A program made the translations under genes and the position numbers. The notes beneath the pieces are model-generated. The model worked only from the letters and a program-made list of their open reading frames with translations. It did not search any database and was not told the origin of the DNA. A DNA stretch of 64,000 nt. It comes from Octopus bimaculoides. Taxonomy: Eukaryota. The stretch is from positions 150,844,417-150,908,416 of the forward strand of contig NC_068982.1 of assembly GCF_001194135.2 (NCBI RefSeq), read 5' to 3'. Below are positions 11,401 through 25,200 of this stretch, piece after piece. Within the stretch, counting starts at the first letter, position 1; the number at the start of each line of letters is the position of its first letter.

Positions 11401-14400
11401 TCCACTGCATGAATAACCTCTTTGTCTCTGGCTCAAAGTGATGAACCCAACACTTATCCTGGTTTAAGAAACTCTCCAGGAAACCACCTGAATCTGCCAC
11501 AAACAACACCAGATTTTCCCATGATGTTGTCAGCCTGGTGCACTTTTGATCAGGTGTCAGAAAACATGAACCCACAGAACAGAAGCCTTCATCATTGTGC
11601 ACAATATTCTCAACTCTCTCACAATATATTCTAATAGCAATGACTATTAGTGTTGCCTGTCATCTATCACCATGTGGTGAACACAATCGATGTTTTCTTC
11701 AGTGGTGGCAGTTGCTGCATGTCCAGATGTTGAGTCATCTTTAAGATTCTCCCTTCCCCTCCTAAACTCAGCTGCCTACTTTTGCACTGTTGATAAAGCT
11801 GGAACATCATCTGCTAATGTAGCAAGCATGTCAGCATAAATGTCCTTGGGGGCAAAAACCCTTCTTCTGCAGGTACTTGATAACACCTGATGTCAAATTT
11901 TGTCCATTTTCAAGAGAAGTTACTAGTAGTTACTTTTGAAGTCTTCTCTGAATGGTCAGATGTCAGTTTACCTGGGACCCCCCCCCCCCAAAAAAAAAAA
12001 ACAATGCAGTTATTAATAAGAAGTGTTGAAATTAATGCATGCAAAATTTCACAACTATAGCATTACTCCTCCATAGTCAGCCTATGAACTTTTCAGCCCA
12101 CCCTTATATAGGAAACAAAAGACTTACCCTTTCTGTACAAAGTTGAAGTATTTTAGGGGTGTGTTGGAAGTGTATGATGTATTACAGGGAAGTGGATGAA
12201 AAGGATTGGCTACTATCACACAAAAACAATTAGTTTATCAGTCAAGTAGGCTAATGATAATTTAAACAATGAAAGGCAGGTGTTTTTTTTTTCTCAGATG
12301 TATTACAAGAATAATAAAATGAACACTGAAGTCTATAGAGAAGGGGATTCCTCAAGCTCTCACTAATCTAATACACTTTGTCGAGAAGACTGTTTGAAAA
12401 TGAAATAATACATTTGTTTCTGGTATAGAGTGCCAAAGTCAATGTGAGTTAGAAAGCAGATCAAGATCCATCAAAAAAACCTCAATGAAGTTACTTGATT
12501 TAACTGCTATTTTGCACAGTTTGAGGACCACATGGACTCATATATGTATGTAGTTGACTGAGAAATCATTGAAAGGTCTCATATTTGGTACATGTGTATG
12601 ATAGATTTAAGATTTTGCTGTTGTGTAATCCCACTTCAATGTATCACAGGTCTACTCTGATCAAGCAGACATGATTATTGATAAATGACTAGGAACAATA
12701 CACAAATCCAGAGTTCTGTCTAGTTTAGAACTATATTCCATCTGCAGGTGTGTAGTCATTAAGAAAAATAAGTACTGGGGTCAATTCATTTGATTAATTC
12801 AAGGTGGAGTGTGGTGTCCCAGCATGGCCACAGTCTAATGACTGAAACAAGTAAAAGATAAAAGTTATATATATATATTGTTATATCTGGGGAGAGTCAT
12901 TCTGCTTTAATACCTTATTAATTAACACACTCACTGGTTCAATTTCCACTCATTTACTTTATTTTTTTCTAAAATATATATATATAAAATCATCATCATC
13001 ATCATTTAATGTCTATTTTCCATGCTGGCATAGGTTCCAGTCTGATTTGCCAAGGTTTCTATGGCTGGACGTCCTTCCTAATGCCAACCACTTTACAGTG
13101 TGTGCTGGGTGCTTTTAACGTGTCACTGCATGAGCACTTTTATGTGGCACCAGCACAAGTGCTTTTTACATGACACTGGCACTGGACTCTTGCAGGCTAG
13201 TCCTCTGCACCAGGTGGAGTGGCTTAACACTTCTGCTTTGAAGTTTCAAGTCTTCTTGAGTGCAGCAAGGCACCAGGTATCTTGGTCCTATACACAAACT
13301 AAATGTGAGAATATCATCATCATTATTTAACAGCCACACACATACATGCACACACGCACACACACTATCTAATACTTGGCCACTAAGCATATTACTGGTA
13401 CTATTTTCTTCCAAATGGAAGAAATTAAAGTTTTCAGTTCAGAAAATTTCAGTTTTTTATTCATAAACAACCAATTTGTGAGTGAATTATATGGTGTAAA
13501 CCACTGAATACCACTCTACAGATTTTATACTTTTATTAATATAGTTATGGAAGGGCAAATAAATTGCAGTAGAAGTGTATATATATATTGCAGTACAAGT
13601 ATGTGCATATATTGTGGCCGACAGATGTGTATATTGTAACAGAAATGTGTATAGATATTGTATCTGTGATGAGTGCACACATTGTAACATAGGGTGGATT
13701 TTATGCTAGAGATATATGCTATATATATATATATAGTAACAGTAGTGAATGAGTAATAAAGCAGAGGCATATATATACATTGTTGCAGAGATGTGTATAT
13801 CATCATCATCTATATATTGAGAATAAATCAGTTGTGACAAATTCTATGTTCACAAAGGTTCATGTTGAAAGTAAAAAAAACAGTTGCTCTATAAAAGTAT
13901 TTCTGCTGAAAACAATAGAATTGAATTATATAACAAAGTAGTAAATTGGTAAGTGTAAAGTGGTTCAAGGGAATTTACACAGATACTGAAGTGGAATAAC
14001 AATGATTCCTTAAATTGGCATAAGTATTATATTTTCAAAGTGTTTACCTTGATTAATTAACAATTAAAGTCTGTTATCTAGTCTATCTGATGATAAGTAC
14101 TGAACACAATAATGGACTAATTACACCTTGACAGCATTATTGCTGCTTTATTAGAAATGGGCTTTATCAGTTTAATTGATTGGTTGGGTGATTAAAAAAC
14201 AGACTTGATTAGGCCATTTAATGGTAGAGTAGTGTGTCAGCATAGTGGTTTTAATGCTGGTCATGTTGGTAATGGTGGGGGAAATACTAACATAAATGAT
14301 GATGATGATGAATTTGTTTTTAATAGGTTCTACTATGAAAACTACTTCCCTGTGGATATAGTTTAAAAAAATAAACTGCAATAGCCACCTTCATTTCTAT

Positions 14401-16167
14401 TGTCACTATCACCCCCATTGTTATCAACACATGATCACTATCACTAGAAACATGACTGCCACCACTCCAAAACCCTGCCCTCACTCCAAAACCCTGCCCT
14501 CACAACCATCACCAAAAACAACAAGAATTAGGTCAAGTGGACTAATTCTGAAACTTTGCAAGATACTTAGGTGTGTATTTAACTCTGCAAGGAGTGCAAT
14601 CCAAAATAAGCAAAATTAGCTTTGTCCAGAAAGAAATGTCAAGATATTTTTCAGTTTCAAGGAATAAAATTACACTATTCTGGACATTTGACAGGGTAAC
14701 TTAGTAATAGTGAACTCAGTGATGAGGTTGAGGGGACAAATATTATAGGTTCAAATTTTGCTACAAGGTGGATAATTTGACATTGGTTTCGATGATGAGC
14801 ATCTATTAGTGTGATCAGCTGGATTCTTTCTCCATCCATGCTGATAGTCTCACCAAGCACCACAAAAACTGGTTACTCCCACAGAAAAGCCATCACCGCT
14901 ATAGTGTTAGTCCTCCAGTAACCTGTGACACATCTCACTCTACCATGTGTAGCAGCAAATGCGATGTCACTAAATTAATACTGCAGCCAGCAGACAAAAT
15001 GGTGACAACTGCCTACCAGCATCCTGTCTGACCATGTGGGCTTGAGAACAAAGATAGGATCTGATGTCACTTCTGAATTGTGGCCTAACATCTAGAAGCC
15101 ATCTTGAATTTATCTCATTTCCTCTGACTTGTTCTCCAAATACTTGATGAGTTACGTTTGTTCTACAAGCCTACAAAACTCTAAATTGCATGGAGCCAAA
15201 TCAGACTGTTATTAAATAATATATGTAACTCCTAACAAATATGCCACTTTCTTTCATTTGTCCACTCATTCACTCATCTATATAATAGTGCATATACACT
15301 GTATATGTATGTATGCATGCGCGTATATCTATATACATATCTTTCTCTCTCTCTTTGATTCTTCAGCCCCTGCTATCACATTAGCTAGTACAATAAACAC
15401 CTCCGTCTATTTTTAGAAACTTGACCATTATATCTTATTCTTCCTTTTTGAGGTTTACTATTCACTTTAGTAACCTCCCACTCCTGTACTATTTTCTGTA
15501 CCCGTCCCTTCACCTTAGTGCCTTTCAAACATATCACCCCACCTCCCACATATTCCTTCCTTACATTCTTATCTCATCCTATCCCTCCCCTACTCCTCTC
15601 CCATCCTCCTCCTAATATCTTGACCACCATCTAACACTCCTTTTTCATTTTCTCTTCCTCTTTCTTTCTTCTTTTCTCACCTATTCCTTTAAACCACTCT
15701 CCTCATTTTAACATACATATCTATTCTCTTCTCTCTATCTACTGAATACTACTACTATGTTCTCAAAATTTCTTTCACACCACAAGACTCTTTTGAATGA
15801 ACAGCACATGGAATCTATGTCTCCACACTTTTCATTTGTAATAACAAAATATGAACTATCAGAATTTACACAAGAAGTATTTCTACCATTTCCACACCCC
15901 CACTTTCCTTGGATATTGGAACTGCAACTATAACTTCCTACATATATTTTTATTTGTACTTTAATTCTTTTATTTCCCTTTATACTTATTTCCATCCTTT
16001 TCCAAAATAACTCCTTATATTGAACTCTACTATCTCCCTCTATTTAACTTTCACATTGTCTCTGATAAGAGATATCCCTAATATCTCAGAAACAACTGTA
16101 AGAGTAACTTTCTCTTTATAAATGTCCTGAAAATTCCACACAGCCTTGGCTTTGTCTCATTTTATTT

Positions 16168-16211
<44 letters not shown>

Positions 16212-19200
16212 TTACCAAAAGAAACTGGAATTTTGCAATATGATTTTCTTCACTTAGTTTTACATGTTTACACCTTTATCACTTTCAAAGTAGTCTCAAT
16301 TTGAAGCAATGCATCAGTCCAGGTATGTTTCCCACTATTTGAAACAGTGCTGGAACTCTTTTGAAGTGATGCCTTTTAATGCCTCTGTTAGTTTTTTCTT
16401 CACCTCTCCCACATCTGCAAATTTCATAGCACCACCTTTCATCACCAATGATGACCTTCAGAAAAAGGTTTGGATCAACTGCCAATACTTCTTTCAGTTC
16501 ACAACACGCATTCAGTTGTGACTGCTTTTGATCTTCTATGAGCAAGGGAGGCACACATTTTGCTGCAACTCCTTTCATTTGCAATTCCTCACTCAAAATT
16601 CGTTGGCAGGAGCTCCAGGATACACCAGTCATATCAATAAGTTCGTTGATTGTTTAGTGATGAAGTATGTCCAAATCAGGCAGTGATGACGTCATCAACA
16701 AAGTGCTAATCTTATTTTTATTTTGGGATATCAGTGCAGATAAGTAGATTTTTCACTGGAACTTTAGGGTATTACACATTAAATTTAATTTTTATTAATT
16801 TCTAGAACTGTCTTTCACAAAATCATAAGGACACACACACAGATAATAAGTTGAGCTTACAGGTCAATGATATAATGTAAGTATTGTGTAAAAGAAAACA
16901 GGCTTTAAATTACAATACACTTATACACACAAACATACAATTTCTATACTATCATTCTCTCACATGACTATTAATTATATCTGAATAGACCTATTTTACA
17001 TATGTTTTAAATGAAATACTAGTGTATTAAATAATAAGCATAGTGACCTAAATCATGGAAAAATATGCCACACATATTATGAAACAAAAAAATGCATCAC
17101 ATTAACCAACACAAAGCTTCTATCTTACCATCCTCACCACTGTTCAATGCAACAGCCATCTCATTTAACAAATTGTATTCCAACTATCTAAGGCTTAGAA
17201 CAACACTTTAGGATGGCGCCTGGAAAAGTTATATTTCTGAAATGACATACCAGTGGTTAGATTTAGAGGCAGCTATGAACCGAAGTCCATGCGATGGTTA
17301 GATAATTCATAAGGTGTAATATATGCTGTCAGTGGCCAATTTTTTGAATGAGACTATGATTCAGTACAAATTTGTTATTTCCAAGACAATATGTATACTA
17401 TTTCTAATAGATAAACATTTTTATTTCTTAATATATTATTCGCAATTCAATAACTCACTGTAAAAAGAATGGTGCAATGCCATTCATACCACAACAATCT
17501 GGTTAGGATAACATTAATGCATACAAAACATATATTTCAAATCTCATGTCAGGAGAGAAGGAAGTGCTCATGACCATTTACAGGTCTTCTGAGACTGGTG
17601 GGAGAGAAGGGGAAAGGTATCCTTGAACCAGAGACCTGATCTGAATGTTTGCAACAGAGTGAGCTCTGCTAAATACAGTGTTATGTTTCTATGCTAAGCT
17701 TTCATGCTAGCAACCAGGATCTTAGACATAGAAATCTTCACTGATAGTCTTCCCTTGGACTCACAATTTCCAAATATGCTTTGGAAATTAGAGTGAAAGA
17801 GACCAAGCTGCTCTGGTCTCTTCATTTTAGAAAACCTTTACATTAGGCACAAGTGTGGTTGTGTGGTTAAGAATCTTGCTTTCTAACCACATGATTCTGA
17901 GTTCAGTCCCACTGCATGGCACCTTGGACAAGTGTCTTCTATTCCAGCCTCAGACTGACCAAAACATTGTGAGTGGATTTGGTAAATGGAAACTGAAAGA
18001 AACCCATTGTACTCAAACACATACATACATACATACATACATGCATGCATATATACATACATTCATACATACATACATACATGTGTGTGTATGCCTTTGT
18101 GTCTATGTTTGTCTCTCACCATCACTTGACAACTGGTGTTTATGTTCCCATAATTTAGCAGTTCAGCAAAATATATCAATAGAATAAGTATATGGGTTAA
18201 AAGAAAAATAAGTATTTGGGTTGATTCATTTGACTAAAAATTCATTGATGCAGTTTTCTAGCATGGCTGCAGTCAACTGACTGAAACAAGTAAAAGATTA
18301 TCTGCCACCCTACTTAATTATGAAGCAAAATCTAAATTGATTTTGATCTCTCAATGCACACCCCAATTTCTTCCTGTAAATTTTGATGAAAACCTTCCTG
18401 AGGTATCTGAGTGATACCATAAATAACAGCTGATGTCATAAACTATAACTACATGACTAACTGAACTTTAAACTGTTATCTGCTATGCTATTATTATTTA
18501 TTTTCACTTAGTAGTTGTCTAGACAAAAGCTGGATGTATAAATGTTTAGTAAGAGGTAAGGAGCAATCCCAGTTACCACATACCATAGAGAGAGGAAACA
18601 AAAATGTGGTCAATTGATGTGTCAGACATAATAGCCAAATCTACAACTCTTATCAATAAAAAAAGAAAGGATACTTTGAAAAATGTAGATTTAGAAATAT
18701 ATTGAGAAAAGACTAAGTAACCACAGCTTGAACAGCAATAAAATGTAGATTTGCTGAATCATGCTTGCCTGAGGATAATATAGTTTCTGGTTGAAAATCG
18801 TTCTTCATTAAGATATTTTATACCACATACTTATCAGACATAACATAAGGTAAACCACGGGTTGGACGATTTGACTGAGGACTGGTGAAACCAGATGGCT
18901 ACACCAGGCTCCAATCTGATTTGGCAGAGTTTCTACAGCTGGATGCCCTTCCTAACGCCAACCACTCAGAGAGTGTAGTGGGTGCTTTTACGTGTCACCC
19001 GCACGAAGGCCAGTCAGGCGGTACTGGCAACGGCCATGCTCAAAATGGTGCATTTCATGTGCCACCCGCACAAAAAAGAAAAAAAAAAAAAGGGATTTCA
19101 TGTGTCACCCGCACATGAGCCAGTCCAGGGGAACCAGCAACGATCTTGCTCGAACATCCTACAACGGCCCCGCACAAGAGCCAGTCCAGGGGCACTGGCA

Positions 19201-22200
19201 ATGGTCTCGCTCGAAAAATTTCTTGTGTCACCCGCACAAGGATATTTATCTCTCATCAGATGCAGTACATTTTTTGTCAATCTTACCTTAATGGAAGAGT
19301 ACCATAAAAACTCATGTAATTTACGCACTTTTTCGCAAAAACAAAAATAAACTTTAGTGGGTGCGTAAATTACATGAGTAGATCATTTCCAGAATTTTTT
19401 AAGTAATTTTTTTTGTTGAAAAATGATGTACAAATGTAAACATTCGTACTGGAAGTTGATTCATTTAATGTCAGAATAGGTTTTTACAGAAAAAATATAA
19501 TGAAGTTGACTTTTATTTATGCTGGACGGTATAATGCTTACTTTTTCTGTATAGATTTACTAAAACCATTAAATGGCTAATTACTTTTTTAAGTTTGACG
19601 TTCATGCTGGTAATCACAGTCTGGGGAATATTTTATTGCATCTAAAGCTGACAACATCATAATTTATCTTTGCGCATGTAAACTCACTAAGTGAATATGA
19701 CTTAGTGTTCCTACAGAAACTTTCATTTACTTTATACAATGTTTAATGTCATTTCACATCCATGTTGAATTATGCAGCAATCTTATATTATCTTCATAGA
19801 ACAATTGTAATGTATGTATTACCAGTTCTTTTGATATAGTAGAATTTTGCTATTCTTGTTTGTCTCCTCACAGATGTGTATATTCTAATAAGTCACTTCT
19901 TAAATTTCACACTTCTCTTGTTCAATAAATACTGAGTTAAACTTGCAAAGCTGTTTATTTTCTCCTTTCGATTTTTAATGTTTATTTTAGTAGGTTACCA
20001 AACTATCAGCTAAAACGATAATGACAAATTTTAAAGTTTGCTTGATATTTTATAAGTGTGAAAAGGATTAAAATTTCGATACTCTATATCAAAGGTTCCG
20101 ACAAGAATAGACAGAAAATCAGAGCTTGAGACAAGAAAACACTTTCGATCAATCAGAATTCTGTTTACATAATCAGTTTGATCGGTCACCTTCCTCTGTC
20201 GGTTGAGTAAAGTGTCATTCAAGCTGATGTTTATTGGTAATCAAACTTAATCTGCAACACCTGTATGTATTTACCAGCTTTCTTTTCTTTTCATGTGATC
20301 ATGATTTGAGAAGACATACAGAAGTATGCTAAAGATTGGACATAATCTCTTGTGGGCAAGAAATGTAAAATAAAGTTTATTATAAACAACATAAATATTT
20401 TGTAATTTAATAGCTTTCAGTGTGATACCTGTTAAACAGAAATTATTTTTATTTAATGAAAATTTAATAAAATCTAATCATAAGTAAGTGAAATTATGCT
20501 AAATACAACTAAATTGAAAACCTGTTCCCCCTGACCATATTGGCAATTCTGAAACGTTTGGATGCAAATTTTACATGAGTAGAAGCTTTTTTTAACAATT
20601 TTTATCCTAAAAATCACCTGCGTAAATTACACAGGTGCGCAAATTACATGGCTTTTTACAGTAAACTATATATCATCATCATCATCATTTAACGTCTGTT
20701 TTCCATACTGGTATGAGTAGGATGGTCTGACAGGAGTTGGTAGGGCTGGGAGCTGCACCAGGGTCCTTTCTCTCTTCTGGCATGGTTTTTATGGCTGGAT
20801 GCCCTTCTTAATGCCAACCACTTTACAAAAGTGCACTGGGTGCTTTTTACTTGGCACCAGTACCAATATTTTTACATGGTATAGGTATAGGAGTTCTTTC
20901 ACATTATGGGTGTTTTTATGTGGTGCCAGCATGGATGCTTTTTATATAGTGCTGGCATAAGTGCTTTTTATGGAATGGGTGCTTTTTACGTGGTGCCAGC
21001 ACAGGTGCTCTTAACTTAGGGTTGGCATCAGTACCTGCGGGGTGACAAGGATGTCTCAGCTGAGAGAGGGAGAGCAACTGAGAGAAGTGGCCATGTGCCA
21101 GGTAAGAGGTTGGAGTATGACAGAGGGTCAAGGATAGCTGTCTTACTACAGAGGAGATACTTGGTTACCCCAGCAGGACAAAGAAGCAGAGGGAGATGGT
21201 AAAGAGTTAGAGGGAAAGACAGTGACAGTCAGAGTGAGGAAGAGAGGGCCTACCCACAGGGAACAGTGGGGGAAGTATAAATAGTACAGAGGAGATATCA
21301 TCATCATCATCTATTGTCTGTTGTCCATGCTGGCATGGGTTGGACGGTTTGACCAGGGCTGGTAAGCTGAGGGGCTGCACCACACTCCAGTCTGATTTGG
21401 CATGGTTTCTATGGCTGGATACCCTTCCTAATCTAACCACTCCAAGAATGTAATGGGTGCTTTTATATGCCACCAGCACAAGTGCCAGTTGCATGACACC
21501 GGTATCTGCCATGATTATGATTTCACTTGGCTTGATGGGTCTTCTACTCAAGCACAGCAAATTGCTAAAGGTCTCAGTCATTTTTCATTGCCTCTGTGCG
21601 GCCCAACACTCAAAAGGTGCCTTTTATGTCTCCTTTACATGACACTGGCATCGGCCACAACTACGATTTCACTTGTCTTCCCAAGTCTTCTGAAGTATGG
21701 TATATTGTCAAAAGTCTTGGTCACTAGTCAGTGCCTCTGTGAGGCCCAATGTTTGAAGATCATGCTTCACCACTTTGGCCCATGTCTTCCTGAGTCTACC
21801 TCTTCCACAGGTTCCCTCTACAGTTAGAGATTAGCACTTCTTTGTCAAAACAAGACGTTGTCTACCATATCCCTTATTTAATACACAGCATTCAATAATA
21901 CATACCTTGTCAAATTGTTTATGGACTGACTTCAAGTATTTCTGTAAAACCATTTTGTCTCTAAAACAAGGAAATATAAAAACGCTCATATTAAACATGG
22001 AATCTACTAAAAATATATAAAAAGAGCTATATAATCAACTAGATGTGAAGTATATATCACTTACATATTTATTAAACTTAAACTCATGTATATATATATA
22101 TATATATATATTTGTGGTGAAACACACACACTCACACATATACTTATTTATTGAATTCATTTACCTCCATAAACTTGTGGAAATAAATACTCATACACAG

Positions 22201-25200
22201 TAGACATACTTGTAAATACAACCTTGTGTCATTATGCATGCACTAAAGAGATACAGCAGAGAAAGGAAATTACAGAGCTATCAAATTGTCGAACCAGGTT
22301 ATGGATACCTCTGTAATTTCTTTTCTCTGGTGCATCTCTTTAGCAGTAGAGATGGGTGTCCTAAAATGTGTCAGCCAGAATAAGAAGTGGCTGGAGAATT
22401 TTTTAGGGAGCTATTACTTCTGCTGGCACAAAGGGCCATTGCTCTGAAAATCAAAAGTGCTTTTGTGTAAAGTGCATTGTTGTGTGGCAATGAGATGTGG
22501 GCTTTGATTGAGGAGGACCTGTGAAGACTAGAAAGAAATGAAGCCAGCATACATTGCTATATGGACTAGTGCAGTCAATGATGAAGTATAACTGAACTGA
22601 GAGATTTGTGTATAAGAGGAGTCAGCTGTAGGGTTCAAGAGAGGAGACTGCACTGGTAAAGGCATATGGTGGAAATGAAGGATGCCAACTGCACAAACAA
22701 GTGCTCGAGGTAAAACAGGTGAAGCCACACATGACCTGGCACTCCATCAATGACATTGATGAGGTTTCCAGTTGAACTGAACAATGGAACAGCCAGCTCA
22801 TGAAATTAAGATGCAAGTGGTCGAGCACTCTACAGACACACGTACCCTCAACATAGTTCCAAGGGAGATTCAGCATGACAGGATGTGACAAGGCTGGTCC
22901 TTTGAAGTACAGGTACTACTCATTTTTTCCAGCTGAGTGGACTGGTGACTGGAACACTAAAATAAAGTGTCTTGTTCAGGAACACTAAAATAAAGTGTCT
23001 TGTTCAGGAACACGTGTCATTAGGAATCAAACTCACAACCTTATGATTATGAGCTAAATATCCTAACCATTAAACCACATGCCTTTACAAAGCCACACAT
23101 AACTGAACGTTTAATCTGTACATATTGAATCTCTACTTCCATTGACAATATCTTATTACTCTTTTTCATCTCTACCCTTCCTATTCTATGCTAGCTGGCA
23201 AGTGTTTGTGCAAATTTTCTTTTCAGGTGATGACAGAAGTTGCACAATGATTGCCTTCCCACTGTCACTCCCAAGTACACAATTTCAGGGCCGCTACCAT
23301 CAATGTTAGCACAATGAAAGGAAGGAGTGGCGAGATTACTGAAATGCTGGAGCAATGCCATGTTGATGAGTATTGTGTGCAGATGGAAAGTAGATTCCTC
23401 ATGGGTAAGAAACAGGGTTTTAATTTTTTATGGGTAGGCGGGAGTGATGGAGTAGGTGGTGTAGCCATGCTGTTAGCAGAAAAGTGGGTAGATAAGGTAA
23501 CTGAGGTAGTTAGAGTATGTGATAGGGTAATTAAGCTGAGACTTAGCATAGATAAATTAACAACTACATCTATCTCTGCTTATGCTCCTCAGTCTGGGAT
23601 GGCTGATGAGCACAAAAGACCAATTCTATGAGGTCCTTTTGCAGACTACCTCAACGACAAATGACAGAGACGTTTGTATTGTGGCTAGTGACATCTATGG
23701 ACATGTTGGACAGCATCCCCATGGATTCCATGGAGTGCATGGTGGTTATGGCTTTGACCCTAGGAATGCTAGAGTTCTGTGATGCAAATGATCTCATGAT
23801 CTGCTACACTAACTTCAGAAAACCTGCCAGTCACCTAATTACTTATCATTCTGGGCAGTGCATAAGTCAGACTGATTACTTCCTCACCAGCCAACAAGAT
23901 AAACAGATACTTGCAAATACAAAGTTTTTCCAAGGTAAAGAGTGTACAACCCAACATAGGTTACTAGTTAGTGACTTCAGAATTAAAGCTAAAAAGACTC
24001 AGAGAAATAAACTATTCTGGAAAAGAAGATTATGGCAGCTCAAATACCCAGCAAACAGACAGACATTCAGAGATATCCTAATGGAAGCTTCTGATGAAAG
24101 AGAAGAAGAGTTGGGAAATATAGCTTAGAGGACAATCAGAAGTTCCAGCAGGACAATCTACTGAGGGCTACAGACAAAATCTGTGGTTGGTGCAGAGTCC
24201 CAGCTTGACCAAGGTGGAACAAGAAGGTAGACAGTGTTATAAAAGCAAAGAGACAGATCTGGGAAGACTGGAAAAACAGTGGAAGCAGAGAATTATATCA
24301 GGTAGCCAAAAGGGCAGCTAGGTGTCAGGTTTACATTGCAAAAAGAATAGCTGAAGGTAAGAGATTTACAAATGTTCTATAGTGTAAGGATCGGAGGTGT
24401 GAGGTATTCAGGATTGCAAAGCAGTGTATCGGAGAAAATAGAGATGTGGTGAGTGAGAAATGTGTATGACTGGCATGAAGAGGCTGTCTTTCAGTATACA
24501 AAGGTATCTTGACTTCTAAAAATAATGTAATGGATAAATGTATAAAGATAAAGAGCTTGATAGAAAAATGTTATCGTCTCTAGGCCAAATTCCTTCTTTC
24601 AGCTAATGACTGAGCTTGACCTTGGTTTGACCAACAGCAGTTAAAGGCACACACACACACACAAACACATATTTCTAATTCTAAACATATTTCAGTGAGG
24701 CTTTGAAAGCAAGCAAGTAAAAAAAAAACTTTTGAATTTAGTTTTAATTATAAAATTACATCTCTCAATAGCTAAACGCATTCTTTTTCAGCTTTAGAAT
24801 TATTGCATATATATTCAAATGTTTCTTAAAATTGAACCTTTTTTCTTTCTTATTTTTTCACATAATTTCTGTTGTTCTGTCAAACACTTGGAATTACTGA
24901 ATGAAAGCGGAGCAAAATTGGTAACTGGGTCAAAATCAATAATTTCTGATTTCTTGTTATTTTCTTTCATTTTGTACTATTGCACCATCTTTGGGAGTAA
25001 TGGTTGGTCAGTACAGGTTACATGGTTGGGAGTAAAAATTGGTCAGTATAGTTTACATAGTTGTTGTTGAAGTTGAAAGTTTGAAACATAGGTGACAGGT
25101 ACTATTTTCAAGAAGTTTTTCCTCAAATTTGACCTGATTGTAATTGAGGTAGCTGATAAAATATCTGGATAAGCTATAGTGAAGAAGCTATAAAAAATAT

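Noticed and set aside
17128-17184. Possible exon [18 protein letters not shown] with a G|gtaag donor
   Set aside because: Poor acceptor context, and its 0-1 phase would break the frame between the exons at 21906 and 9668, which already join cleanly.
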